A DNA stretch of 63,866 nt, the filler included, from Reticulomyxa filosa (lineage: Eukaryota > Protista > Foraminifera): NCBI GenBank assembly GCA_000512085.1. It is 23 parts of 23 records of this genome, joined end to end, with 100 filler letters (N's around TTAATTAATTAA, not from the genome) between each part and the next. Parts side by side here need not be neighbours in the genome. Positions count along the whole stretch, not along the records: positions 24,731 to 29,032 come from ASPP01010385.1; positions 29,133 to 32,791 come from ASPP01005496.1; positions 32,892 to 34,478 come from ASPP01043859.1; positions 34,579 to 35,653 come from ASPP01007875.1; positions 35,754 to 42,300 come from ASPP01000568.1; 18 more parts are not named here. One strand, 5' to 3'. How positions within the stretch are numbered: the first letter of the stretch is position 1; each line of letters opens with the position of its first letter. Below the pieces are notes generated by a model. It was not told the DNA's origin and searched no databases. It saw only the letters and a program-made list of their open reading frames with translations. Both the position numbers and the translations under genes were made by a program. Shown piece after piece: positions 27,555 through 41,219 of the stretch.

Positions 27555-28521
27555 GTGTTATCTTTGGAACGAACTTTGGAAATTCCAAAGTTCTGGTGCA
27601 ATTCCTTTTTGTTTTCCAAAGATCATTTAAATCTAAATAGCGCCTTTTAAAATCTAAACAGTAATCAAAGGAGAAGATAACACTTATATATATATATATA
27701 AATTAAGCTGTAAAGAAGGTATCTTACTTCATTTGGGTATCACTAAATGTGCACACGCAAGTATACTGAAAAGCATTTGAAGTGGCTCCAATAAAGGCTG
27801 AAAAATAATCTGTTAATTTCAGCACATATACTTAAACTCTCTTTATATGAGATTTTGTGAAGAGAGGCGGTTTTATGAACGATTCTCGATTTGTCAATTT
27901 ATTAGTCTGTTTAAAGTGTAAAACCAAGCTAAAAGGAATTCAAATTTTATTACAATAGAACATAAAATAATCAAACAATAAGCACTTTTTTAGGAATTGT
28001 GTTAGGCAAAACTGAAAGATGTGATTACAAGCAAGAAGTTTTTAAAGTTCTCTGTCTCTTCCACACAGCCATTTGTTTTACAGTTTGAGGGAGGCTATAC
28101 TTATGAATCTCAATTTCTTTATTACTTTCCAAAAGACAGAGCAATTTTTTTGGCTTAAAATTGCGTCATTATGTGACACTAACATTTTTTTTTCACGAAA
28201 AAAGGTGTATAAACAACTGAACGCTTGGGGGGGGAAGCAATTATGAAAAGAACTTTGAAAAGGCCGTCCATAATGTCTTTCCAGAGGAACAATAAGGTTT
28301 GATAGTCTTTGAAGAAAGCAAGCTGAGGCCAAAACAAAATAAATGTGACTACAATTCAAGTAATTATCTACTCAACAAATAACAAACAATAGACTTGCGT
28401 CAAGTGTCAAGTAAAAAAGTCTTGGAAGCAATCCATTGCTATATAAATTTTTTAAAACTCGTTTGAGAAAAAAAGAGCCAAAAGTGAAAAAAAATTATGT
28501 ACACATACGCATACAAAATAA

Positions 28522-28945
28522 ATGGGCAATGGTAAACAGTTTGAATTGACATTGCATGGAATCAGTGTCCCACCAAGCATCGAGGGTAAGTTGCCAGCAG
28601 ATAGTGGGTTCAGTATAGTTTGGAAACATGGACAAGAAAAGCGAATTGAATCGAGGCGATGTGACATACTTTCTGAAAGGGAGAAGAAAGACAATGAAGA
28701 AAGAAAAGAAAGACAATTGAGCCTGTTATGGCGTGGCGAGCCCGAAGTATTGCGAATGCGATGTACATTAATCAAACAAAGACAAGCTGACGAATACATG
28801 AGTAAGCCAAGTCGTTTGTTATTAAAACAAGTTTGCGACAGCAAAGCTACTCAGCCGACTGTTGCTATTGCCAAATTAGATTTGAGGGATTATGTGTCAC
28901 CTAAACAAATGTCACAAAACCTTAACATCCATTTCACCAAATGGT
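28522..28945 (+). CDS. NT-C2 (EEIG1/EHBP1 N-terminal C2) domain protein, first exon
   Basis: FELTLHGI..FSIVWKHG..LLWRGE..LRMRCTL..YMSKPSRLLLKQ..VAIAKLDLRDYV fits the NT-C2 pattern. Confidence 0.75.
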
Positions 28946-29205
28946 ATTTTATTTTTCAATTATCAATAAAAAAAGAGAAAGGGAGGAGGGGGATGAACTT
29001 GAAAACTTTTTTTTTTTTTTTTTAACAATCCCNNNNNNNNNNNNNNNNNNNNNNNNNNNNNNNNNNNNNNNNNNNNTTAATTAATTAANNNNNNNNNNNN
29101 NNNNNNNNNNNNNNNNNNNNNNNNNNNNNNNNTTTTTTTTTAAAAAAATTTTTTTTTTTTAAAAAAAAAAAAAAAAGTGCTTAGACTATCCCAACAACTG
29201 TCTCA

Positions 29206-29511
29206 TTACCTCGGCTGCGTCGTGTTTACTGGCTGTGTTCTTTGATCAACTCGGATACTTGGAGCCACTCTTTCCTCTGACTGTGGTACGCCCTTTTGTG
29301 GAGTGCTTTGCAACCGATCCCAACCAGCTACCAACTTCATTCGGGTTAGTACTGAAAACTGAAAGGCACAACACAGTTCTCGAAGATCATCCTTCGAGTT
29401 TCGCTTAATTACGTCCAAGGTCATTCCTACCTCAACTAGCTTTTCTTTCACTGTGGGATCGTCTACTTTGCACTCATTTAACCATCTTGACAATTCGTCT
29501 TCTAATGACAT
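29206..29511 (-). CDS. Protein with an N-terminal SAM domain, first exon
   Basis: LSRWLNECKV..VKEKLVEVGMTLDVIKRNSKDDLRELC..FSVLTRMKLVAGW; divergent from the next gene. Confidence 0.7.
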   Translation of the reverse strand: MSLEDELSRWLNECKVDDPTVKEKLVEVGMTLDVIKRNSKDDLRELCCAFQFSVLTRMKLVAGWDRLQSTPQKGVPQSEERVAPSIRVDQRTQPVNTTQPR

Positions 29512-29993
29512 TCTCGTCCAATTTTGTGTCTCAATTCAACAAAAATGTTGTCCTTTTAAACTCCTCTTTTTCCCTAGACGTACGTCTAAAGTTTTTTTTA
29601 CACAGATTGCCGTTTGTGTCGAGTGTCTGGATTAACCCTTTTTTGTTCCCAACTGTAAGACTTACTTTCAGGTTAATAGCTTGCATCGTTCTAAGAAATA
29701 ACAACGTATCATTTAAAAAAATAGAGACAGATTTAGTCTGTTTGAAAGATATTCATTTTGAATGTCTACAGCGCAATTCTGTCTATTTTAATTCATCATA
29801 AGTGCGACAAACTTTATGTAATTTCATTTTATGCTAATCAAACTATTACCGACTTAATTTAATATTTGGTTAAAAGCATTGGAATTTTTGATATCAGAAA
29901 CGTGAGCGTTTACAGATCGCAGCCACTTGTGCCAGACTGCTTTAAAAATTGGTTGAAAAAAAAGGATATCCCAAGAAAAAAAAAAGCTACATC

Positions 29994-31641
29994 ATGGCAA
30001 CTGAAGAACCAGTTGTAAACCGCAGGAAAGTGGAGATCGAATCAGATCTTCTTCTAGAATTCAATGAACATCAAATGGTATGAATATGAATATGTGAATA
30101 AATATGACAGAAAAGGGGATCGCAAAAGAAAAAAAGAGGGTTTTGAAGTGCGCTTGTGCGTGTATATAGGAAGTTTGGGACGCATTAAGTAAAATACAGC
30201 TCCCCGAATCAGAAGAGATTTTGGGATTGATGTTAAAATATATATCCAATGTAATGGATGATCCATCAAACCCGACATATCATCAAATCCGAGTGACAAA
30301 CAAGACCTATCAAAAAAAGATAGGCGCCACAAAATACAAAGAAGAAGCACTGCAAGTATTTCGACTGGGTAATTTTAAGCCAACAAGAATTGAAACTGGT
30401 AACTCCGACAATAGAGTAGTCGAAGAGTATCTGGTTATCTCCGAACCAAAGTCATTGGAACAATTGAGTGAATTGAGTGACGTTTGGTTTTTAATTCAAA
30501 TTAAACTATGGTTTGACGCATACGATGAAAGTTAGTCCAAATTAAAAAAAAATTTTTTGTAAAAAAAAAAAAAAAAGGGTTCAATTAAAAAAAAAACCAA
30601 ACAGAAAGCAAATCCTTCAAACTTCCAGATACATTGGGCGCCGCAATGGGGAAATTTTTGCAAGATGTAAGTATAAATTTAGTGCAATCGGGGGTTGTAA
30701 ATAGTATGAAAAGCTCGGGGTTCCAACATTATCTGAACGAATCACTGAAAGCAAAAGACGCGTTTTCGCGTTACGAAAATTTTGCACGCGCTTTGCAAAT
30801 GACCCCCCAGTTTTTTGCACCGGACAATGTCGGGCTCGACGACTTCTTTTCGTCTTGGATTTGTTGTAAATTCATTTATACTTCTTTTTTCACCGATTCG
30901 TCTGCTTTAAGCGAATCGACTTCAAAAAAAGAATCCAATGAGGAAAAGAAAGAGGAACAAGAAGAAGAAGAAGAAAAAAAAGAAGAAACCAGTGTTGATG
31001 CTGATACCAAATCGAAACAATGTTTTGTTTCAATGTTTTAATCTTATTTAATTTCCCCCCCCCCCCTTTTTTTTTTTAATTGGTATATGTATACGTATAA
31101 AAAAATTTTTTTTGGTATGTGTGTACGTAATGTTCGAAAGTGAATGAAAAAAGAAATGAAATTCGCATTGTCGATATTGGCTGTGGATGGGGCAATATTG
31201 GACGATGCTTAAGTGCTCATTTCCGGTCGAAAATTGAGAAAGCAGATTGGAGCAAAATGCAATTGTTTGGATTTGATATTTCTCAAGAAATGATTGATTT
31301 GGGGAAAAAAACAAGGGTTTGGAAACATTTACAAAGAAATGCACGTCTGGGATTGCAAAAACGAAAAGCTACGTATATTTGAAGATAACAGCATCGATTG
31401 CATTGTTAGTGCTAATTGTTTATTGCAAGATGCTGAAGTGGGACATCCTGATGAACAGTTTCTTGTCGAATGTAAACGCTTATTAAGACTAAATGGAACC
31501 ATTTTTGTGGTTCGAAGGAAATTAACTTATAACAATAATTTGGCCCCTTGGCGCAAAAAAGCTTTGGAATTGAATTTGAGTGAGGTTGGCTTTGGCCGAG
31601 TCAGAGAGTCCTTTTTTATTCAATGGCAAAAAATTGTTTGA
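29994..31641 (+). CDS. PUB-domain and class I SAM-dependent methyltransferase fusion
   Basis: Exons 29994-30077, 30170-30530, 30605-31021 and 31141-31641 splice in frame. PUB motif LMLKYISNVMDDPSNPTYHQIRVTNKTYQKKI. MTase motifs IVDIGCGWG, LFGFDISQEMI, FEDNSIDCIVS, ECKRLLRLNGTI. One A-run frameshift near 31305. Confidence 0.8.
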
Positions 31642-32891
31642 TCAATAGAGGGAAGGCAAATAGTTTTTTAAAGTATCACAAAAAATCCGATTTTCGGAAT
31701 ATACATTTACAAAACATTCCCCTTTCACAGTTTTCTTCAAACTCACTTGTACATGTTTCGATTGGCATTTGTTACTTTTGTTTCTCTTTCGCTTGGATTC
31801 CAATTTCCCTGCCTAAAAACTTTCGATTTTTGGAGGAACAAGTAGAACTACAAAACTTACAAAAAAAACGAAAAATTCGAAAAAAACACTCGAGACAGCC
31901 AGTTAGCACTTAAAATTCAAGTAGAACATATCATTTGAATTCTTTTTCAGAGATCATACCAAAAAACACTAAAACTTATCAATGATACCGAAACCACAAA
32001 AAAATGTGCAGAACGACAGTATTCTGGATAATTATTGGAAAACAATGATATCAGCAACATGTAGCGAATTTCTTTTTATTAATCCTACCACAAAACTAAA
32101 TTGGATTTCAAAGAATCAATTAAAGATGTTGAATTAATGTGATAGATTAGAAAAAAGTGAAATAGAATACTGTTGTGATGACCAGATGATAGAAAGAGAA
32201 TTACTCGATTGATTCTTCTAGGAAAAGATTGATAATGACCTTTTTCCAAAATATTTGTTTTTCAGAGAAATTATGTGTCACAAAATAGTAATCTTTGCAC
32301 AAGACAATAGAAAGAGAAACAAGTGAAATAGTAACAGAAAATTTGATTCGATCATCATTGACCAGGTTTGTATGGATTGAATAATTCAGCACAATAATTG
32401 CCAAATATGTATTAATCATTACTTTATGTTTGTTTAACTGTTCTAAGTTTGCAAAAAAAAAAAAAAAAATATATATATATCACCTTATCATCATTGGCGA
32501 ACTCAAGCCAAGAGTAGGTGGACAAAGCCTAAGTCTTAGTGAATGGACGAATGTCCAAATAAATCTCCCATGTCAAAATGGCGGAAAAGAAAGTTTGTAA
32601 CATTCAAAATGCGGATGTCGAAGGCACCCGAGCTTCAAATTATCAAACAAATGTTGTTTCTTTGTGTTCTAACTCCTGGGACTCACAAACGTGGATTACA
32701 TTTTGCTGGCAACAGGATTCATTGAGACATTAATGAATTAATTCCTTTTAGTGCTTTTACAAACCATTGGATATTTTATTTTTGAATCGTANNNNNNNNN
32801 NNNNNNNNNNNNNNNNNNNNNNNNNNNNNNNNNNNTTAATTAATTAANNNNNNNNNNNNNNNNNNNNNNNNNNNNNNNNNNNNNNNNNNNN

Positions 32892-34478
32892 ATTTTTTCA
32901 AGTAATTTCACCAATGATTCATCTTTAGAGTAGTTGTTTGTGTTGATGGAATGTTTGGAAACAAATATCAAAGCATTGAAAACTCCTTCCAGTTGTTTAT
33001 CATTCAAATTCGTTGAAATTACTCCAAGTGATTCTGTACATGATATATGAATATTTTTATCTTCATCTTTTAATCCACTTATCAAAGCACTGAAAACTTT
33101 TTCCAATTGTTCCTCACTCGCTTTTGCTGCAATTATTCCAAGTGAGTTTGCATATGATTCACGAACATAACAATCTTTATCTTTCAATCCATTAATCGAA
33201 ATGTTGATCGCATTTTCCAGCTATCTTTCATCCAATTTTTTTGAAATTACTCTAGTGATTTTACACATGATTCACGAACACAATAATCTTTATTTTTTAA
33301 TCCATGAAGGAAAGCACTTAAAACTCTATCCAATTATCTATTATTCAGTTTTGTTGAAATTATTTCAAGTGATTTTTTACATAATGCACGAATACATTCA
33401 TTTTCATCTTTTTTAATCCATTCAAACATTCGAAGACGTTACTCAATTGCTTTTTATTTAATTTTATTGAAAGATATCCAATAGATGTTGCATACAATTC
33501 AGTATAATCATTTTAAGTAGATTGCGCATATCTTTCCATTCACAAATTAAATAATTTAAAGCATTATCGAATTGTTTCCCAGATAATTTCAGTGTAATTG
33601 TCCCAAGTGCTTCTCTATACTTCCAATCATCATCTTTATTGAGCATGTCTTTTAAAGAATTGGAAGCATCATTCAATTGTTTTTTATTCCATTTTATTGA
33701 GAATTCTCCAAGTAATTGTGCATTTTTTACGATTATCTTCATCTTCCTGTTCATTGGATAATCGATCAATCAAATATTGAAAGACATCTCCTAATTGTCG
33801 TCCTTTGAATTTCATTAGAAATTGAGTTATATCACAATACAAAACAAAAAAATATGAAGAACATCTACAAATGAGATGTTGGAATGCATCCACCCAACTG
33901 TTTTTCTCCTAATCGTGATGAAATCGTTACAAGTCCTCAAAGATATTTATCAAACATTCAATAATATCACTCAAGTATCGTTCATTTAATTCCACTGATA
34001 TCCTACAAAGTAATTCTGCACACGTCTTGGCGTGTTTTTTAAATTTTTTGTAACATTGGACAATAATATCAAGTTTCTGTTGAAATACACAAAATTCAAT
34101 CGATCTTTCATTAATCTCATATCATTAAATGTATTGGATTGTGTTTGAATTATCTTAATTTGATCAATGATACACAAGTGGATATCTAGACGATGCAAAA
34201 CATATTGAAAATTAGGTAAATACGATTGCATCACTTTGTCCAATGGTCTATACTTATCCTTATCAAATTGAATCCAAAGAATGATCCATGGTTTGAATGA
34301 ATTAACAAGTAATTTATGATAAGTTCAAAGTTGTAATGAAAAAAATGGGCTATCAGTGCCTGCTTTACAAGCACCCAGATAATGCATAAATAACATCATT
34401 TGATGAATTGGAACAATTTAAGATGCTGATGAACGCAACAATTTCCAAAAATACAATAAACCTGATTAATAATGCATT
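32892..34478 (-). pseudogene. Degenerate HEAT-repeat gene (NACHT-HEAT family style)
   Basis: Repeats GLKDEDKNIHISCTESLGVIS, MKDKDCYVRESYANSLGII, QLEGVFNALI; many frameshifts. Confidence 0.75.
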
Positions 34479-34578
34479 NNNNNNNNNNNNNNNNNNNNNN
34501 NNNNNNNNNNNNNNNNNNNNNNTTAATTAATTAANNNNNNNNNNNNNNNNNNNNNNNNNNNNNNNNNNNNNNNNNNNN

Positions 34579-35570
34579 TGTTGTTGTTGTTGTTGACATA
34601 TCTCTGTTAGCAAACGTAACAGTCGCGAGTGGTTGCAATGTTCCAACAAAGTCTTGTTTTTGGTCGTCACTTGTTAGCTTGGCCCGTAACATGGGATTCA
34701 ATCCGAGTTCGGAGCATAGTGTTACCATTTTCTAATCACACAAGCACAATTATATTTGCACACATAATATTACATGTACAGCTATATTTTAGTATATATA
34801 ACATGCAAACAACTCTGATCTAATTAACATAAAATTGGAAAGTCAACGTATAAATATATATATATATACACATATATATGTATATAAGTAAATTGAAACT
34901 TTGAGATATGAAGTATATGCGACTGCGACTTTGGGTACTTGCGTAGTGAACATTTGCACAGTGATGTACCCTTGGGAGGGGTAATGAGAGGCGATCTTGT
35001 GTCGCAAAGGAATGATCTGCGGGAGAGCGAGTGTATTATATTCGGATAGGTGTATCATAGCTCGGCCGACGTTGACGTCGTTTGTGACACTGTCCAAGCG
35101 CAGCACGTCGATCAGCACAAAGTTCTCAGACTGCATTGCAAACTCGCATAAGAAATGCCACATTGGATTAGTCGACGCAATCTTACCACTTTGGCATGAC
35201 ATAAGTCCAATAGTAACCTTGCAGTAATACTCGTTCATCCCTGTCGTCATCCCTGTCGTCATCGTTGCGAGATCGCTTGCGCTTTCAACGTATATAATCA
35301 CTGATGCGTTCGATACTTCAGGCGATGACGACTGCTTTTGTCTTTGTGTACTCATCCTCTTCTTTTCTATATCTTCGTCCATTCTTTTGGATGTCATTTC
35401 CTCCCTTGTCACTACACTCGTCGCTCTTTTTTTTGTACTCGTCTTGCTCATTGCACTATCCTCCACTTTGTAGTACTCCTCCACGATAAATTTGCTATTG
35501 TTGTTCTCTTCCGACATGCTCATCCATCTTGTTTTTGATCTTACTGCTTCTCCTTCCGCACCCAACACTT
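34579..35570 (-). CDS. C2-domain protein fragment
   Basis: IIYVESASDL..YYCKVTIG..STNPMWHF..FVLIDVL..DVNVGRAMIHL..QGYITVQM; a further small exon at about 34579-34730. Confidence 0.7.
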
Positions 35571-35769
35571 TTTTTTCTTGGGGTTGAGATCGAAGTTGAG
35601 GAGGAGGAGGAGGAGGGAGAGGAAGGAGGGGGAAGAGGAACAGAGTTGGGTTTNNNNNNNNNNNNNNNNNNNNNNNNNNNNNNNNNNNNNNNNNNNNTTA
35701 ATTAATTAANNNNNNNNNNNNNNNNNNNNNNNNNNNNNNNNNNNNNNNNNNNNCTCTCTCTCTCTCTTC

Positions 35770-36613
35770 CCTATCTTTAGCTCAATAGAGCAGAGAGTGA
35801 CGTTTAACATGTGCAGCGTCGCTAAAGCCATAAATTGTTCGGACAACGAAACCGACATTCGTGATACACGATTGGTGTCAATTTGTCGCAGTAAAGAGAG
35901 CCACACATTTTGAATGGTGGCACTCTGTAGCGTGTCCGTCACATTCCACTCCTTCTGGCCCAGTAGCCAAAAGATTTGATTTCGAGATTCGACTGACAAA
36001 ATATTAATGAAATGGTCGATGATCACCAGCAAGTTATTCAACACATAATTCATCCCTGTCCACACCGGTGTAAATGTTAATTTCAAGAGATAACTATATG
36101 TCTTTTTTTGTTTTGTTTTTGAGGAGGTGTATATGTGTATATATTGCATTTTCATAATGATTGCATTGCTATATGAAATACAGACTTTAAAGTGTTCATT
36201 GCAAACCTAACTTGATTACAAGGAGGACCTCTTGTTGTTAGAAATAAGTAGAATAGACCTTTGGCTACTTGCTCCTGGTACCCATTATTTATCTAGTTTT
36301 TTTTTTGTTGTAAGCGTTTGTGTGTGACTTTGACATTTTATTAAGTTGGAACTCGAATACAACTAAATTACTCTTTCTTGAGTAAATACTCTTATCTCAA
36401 AAAAAAATTTGGCTAGTGATGATAATAACAAATGTGCGAAACTTGTGTTTGCAATGCACCTAAAGCGTTATTTGGCATATTTGTAATTGCGCGGTTACAC
36501 AACTGTAATGCTTCCACGCACTTTTGTTCGAACGCTTGACCTTCATTTAAAGACTTGCCGGTTGTCACTACTTTTGCATCTTTATTATTAAAAAGAGAAA
36601 AGTGCGGCTCCAT
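35770..36613 (-). CDS. INTS3: Integrator complex subunit 3 / SOSS-A homologue, N-terminal exons
   Basis: YQEQVAKGLFYLFLT, GMNYVLNNL..LSVESRNQIFWLL and NVWLSLLRQI..VSLSEQ align by eye with INTS3 QHEEICLGLFTLILT, DGMNIVLNKI..LQDTCRTQLVWLV and GVCMTFMKQI..IWLAES. Confidence 0.7.
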
Positions 36614-36987
36614 TTCTTTCCTTCACAGTGATATAAAGTTCACAAGCGAAGGAGAGGTATCAATAAAATGAAAAAAGATCAAAAAAGGTTAAGCACCGAT
36701 CTGCTTTTTGCTTTTTAAAGTTTGACCCCGGCTCAGGTGCTTTTTTGTGAGTTGTGTTTACACTACTTTTGTTTTTTCCTTGTTTGCTGATTCACGTTTT
36801 GTTTGGATTAAAAACGTTGCTTGGAATAAGACAGTAACGAAAAGATACTAACAATCTTTTTCATCAGTATTACTCTTATGAAATTTGCTTCACAGTTTTC
36901 TTTTTGCTTCACTCTTGCGTGTAAAACTACAAAATTTGAAAAAAAACGCGTTCAGAAAGTGTATTATTCTTTAAAAAGCAAGCAAAA

Positions 36988-39490
36988 ATGAAAATTGCAA
37001 AGCATCTTCCAAAACCAAATGAAGAACACGCGGAATCCATTTCATCACAGCCCATGTTTGCGGCACGTGGACGAGTGCGTAAATCCAAGCGGGTTCACTC
37101 ATTTTCACAAATAATTAACAAAGTTAAAATATTATACAAAGAGAAATAGGGTAGGGGATGGAGTATTGAGAACAAAATAGCAATGGATACATTTATATCT
37201 GAGCCATTTGCAAACTTGAGCAAAACTAAAAAAAAAAAGGACAAAATGGCGAGCAACGACTTGAAAATGAAAGAAACATTTGCAACAAATGAGGCAAGCC
37301 CAAAGCAAAGAGCGGCATTACCAAATGAGAGTAATATATTTCCAATGAGGTCAAAAGACCCTTTCAATGTCACAAAATTTGGACATGCCAGTTTTTTGTC
37401 GGATGTTCAACAAGACATTTCAATAGCTGACATCATTGAGTTCTCTTGTTGTAACTTTGGGGAGGAGGGAGGAGAAAGAGAAAGAAAAAGTAACATTTCT
37501 ACAACCCTTTTTTTAGTTAGCATATTACATATACTACGTATATGTTTTTGGATAATATACAACTCGATGGTGCGGATGGGGGGGTGACAAAAAAAAAAAA
37601 AAAAAAGAAGATATGAAAAGACGAAAGAATGAACGATTGCGACAAGATACAATGAGCAAAAAATCGTATTTAAACTCGAATCATTTATTGCTGGCAAGCA
37701 ATGCTCTAAACTCAAAAGAGGATCATGTTAAAAACAAGGAAGGAGAGGGAGAACAAAAAGTTTGACATATATCCATTTATGTATTTGGACATTAATAATT
37801 AATTGATTGTCGGCACAAAGCTTGACGGTGTACACACATAAGTTAGTCGAGCTCTTGGAAGAGGAGTGCAGAGCCCACACGTGACATGCAACGGGACGGT
37901 GAGCGGACATGGAGGACGAAAGGAGAAAAGATGGTAAAAGACAAGGAACAAGAGATGACAAAAATGCAAGAAAGGCTGGAAACACAGAAAAAAACAATTG
38001 ATGACTTACAGTGGAATATAACTCAACTCCATGAAGACTTTGCGAAGCAGCAGATGGAATGGGAAGACAAATTTTCAATCCAACAAAAACTGATCGATCA
38101 ATTTACCGCTTTAGATGATGATGAAGATAACAACGATACTTACAATACGAATAAAAATTCGATCGAAGAAATCTCGAAAAAAAATAGACGGCTGAGTGTG
38201 CAGTTGCGAATCGACGAGACTCTTCAAAAGAAGCACATATTGTTCGAGGATCACTCCACGTTGCAAACTGTTCAATTGGAATTGCGTAGCACGCTGGCCA
38301 AAATGTCCAAAGCCGAAAATGATTTGTCTCGCTTGCTTACGACGATTGGACAGGGCAGCCAACTGTATTTGCGATTGGAGCAAATCCGTCAGGCCATTGC
38401 CCAACATAACAAATTGGTCACTCGTGTCGAGCAAACGTTAAACGAAAAGCTGCAATCACATTCATCCGATTTCTTTGATATATATGACGACCATGACGTA
38501 AGTACAAATTTGTATTCACTCGATACCGACGATGAGGAGCACGATCATGAAGATCACTTTGGCAGAGCTGTTACAAAGGATGGCATCATTGCCCAAAGTG
38601 ACTCAGATGCCGATGTGGATGAATCACGTAACAATGCCGCCATTTTACGGGCACGTTCTCATCACATGGCGGTCAACTCTTTTGAAACCACAGCACTCTT
38701 GGCCGGGCTCAATTCCGATAATCGCAAAACGAATGATGGTTTGTTTCAGCTTTATCATTTTTTGTTATATGGCGTTCTCCATTTTTATATGTTTGTATAA
38801 CGTATGCGTGTGTAAATCAAATAAAATAAAACAGACAATAATCAAGGCAAAGAGAAAAAGAAAAATTCGCCACCTCCTCCTCCTTCACCGCCCAATGCGG
38901 TTTCTCGTCACAGACATCACAAATCACGTTCGTTGGTAAGTGGCAAATATTTGACAATGAATATGCTGCCTATTCAAGAAGCTATCAGCCAAACTCCTCG
39001 AGAAGGAGGAACGCCTCGTAGTATACACGAGTCCAATGACATTGAGGCGTTGGATATTGGTGATACTTATGGTACTGTTGTAAATGAAGATGAAACAATA
39101 ATCACGACCGCAAACAAGGATATTTTAGAAAAACAAAATGAAGCTATTTCAAACTCGGAAAAACATAACCCTGTGGACGCAAAAAATCCTGTTGCTTCCA
39201 CTCACAAACGCAAGTCTTCTAGTTTTAATGACTACCGGTCCCAACAAATGGCACAACTGCGACAAGACTGTGCGCAGATGAGATTACAAATTTTACGACT
39301 AGAAAAAGAAAAGGAGCAGTGGGCTGAAAATACGGATGAAGTGACCAGAAGTGCCAAGCGATGTGACCATCTTACTGAGCTATTGACTAAAATGACTGAT
39401 GAAAAGCTACAATTACGGCTTAAAATTGAAGAATTAGAATCACTACTAAGTAGATATAATTTTAATTCCGCGTTTTTTCAGCGCAAGTAA
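36988..39490 (+). CDS. Multi-exon uncharacterised coiled-coil protein
   Basis: ORFs 37886-38800 and 38933-39490 with heptad repeats, plus short upstream exons; head-to-head with INTS3. Confidence 0.65.
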
Positions 39491-40806
39491 ATAGTTAAAT
39501 ATTATCAGGGAAAAAGATAGTTTTTGCAAATCCCTAATATATTTTTTTCTTTATTCAAGGTTTGCTAGGGCAGGTAAATCGATTGTACACTGCTCAAAAA
39601 TCTAAGGTTTTGGTGTTTTTTTTTTTTGTGATGGTAGTATTTGTTCATAATTTTTTACTTTTTCTTCTTATCTGATAATTTTCGTCTAGAGTTGCTGATC
39701 TAATTATTCATGTATTACAAATCAAAAAGACAGTGAAGAGAAGTTTTAGTTGACTTTCGTCCTTCATCATAATTATGGAATTCTTATCACAGTATAGATT
39801 TCTTTCAAATGATTAAAGCTAACTCTTTCTATATGTTATTTAATTGATTTATTATATCAAATTAGTTTGTTGTTATTTCAAATTGTTCAAAGGCGTTGTA
39901 TTTATGATTGCACTGACAAATCAAACATAAGCAAAGTCAATAAGTCTAACATTATACATATTGTTCATAAGTATTTTTTAGTTTGTAATATAACTAATAT
40001 AGCAATATGTAATATTTTTAAGTAGACGTGCAGATCATCCAACTAGTCTCTTACCTGTGACAATTCACTGTCTAATCTTTAGAAATGGCCAGAAAACAAA
40101 ATACATTACAAATAAAAAAATAAAAAAAATGGAACTAGCCCCTTTTAAGATCTCTTCCTTCGGCAAGACTTTCATTGTTTGAAGCGAGACTAAAACAAAG
40201 TGAAACACAAATTTGAATACGAAATTGTTATAAGAAATTAGAAAGAGAGTTAAATAAATAATAAACTAGTTGAAGATTATATAAAGTGCAAATATATTTC
40301 TTTATTTTTATTTTGCTTGATGTCTTCAATATAATCTTATGGATCAATGTCCTAATAACGGTTTCACTCATATTGTAATTATTGTCAAATATAATATACA
40401 CTGAACGCTTGAGTGTTGTTACCTCAAAAAAAAAAATAATTCAATATCAACGATGATAACGTGACAAAAAGTAACAATATTCCGTGAATATCCAACAACT
40501 GTAAGATCAATTAGCTAAATTCTTAAAAGATTGACGGTTTCTCTGAAACAGCAATAGTTAACTCAACAGCCGAAAACACTCTAGTGCAAGTTAGTCATTA
40601 ATCGACCAAGGAAAAATAATTTAAAGGAAAAAAGGAAAATATAAAATTATTTAAATTAAAAGCAGAATCACAATAGGAAACATGTCCTCCTTATTGGAAA
40701 ACACAGCTTAAAAATAATAATGCTTCAGCACCAGCAAATATGCAAAATCAACAATACACAACCAAAATAACAATTTGAAATCACCATATATACAAAGAAA
40801 ACAAAA

Positions 40807-41136
40807 TAATCAAAATTTTTTTTTCATTTAAAAAAATATCTACGAATCGTGTAGTTTTTAAATATCATTTTGGTTTTTTATTAAGTCTTTCTAATTTTTT
40901 CAAAAATTTTAATCTTTCGTTTGATTTGGTAAAATTTCTTAAAAAAAGTTGACAATGGCAAATTTCATGATTACGAGAAAAATACTATTGTCAACTTTTT
41001 TTAAGAAATTTTACCAAATCAAACGAAAGATTAAAATTTTTGAAAAAATTAGAAAGACTTAATAAAAAACCAAAATGATATTTAAAAACTACACGATTCG
41101 TAGATATTTTTTTAAATGAAAAAAAAATTTTGATTA
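40807..41136. repeat. Long inverted repeat: 150-bp arms, 30-nt spacer
   Basis: 40807-40956 is the reverse complement of 40987-41136 with no mismatch seen by eye. Spacer ggcaaatttcatgattacgagaaaaatact. Confidence 0.95.
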
Positions 41137-41219
41137 AATGTTGTTTTTTCATGGAGAAACACGATCATCTCTATAAGGTGGCATTTTAGGTGCCGACTTT
41201 CTTTTTTATCTTACTGTAC

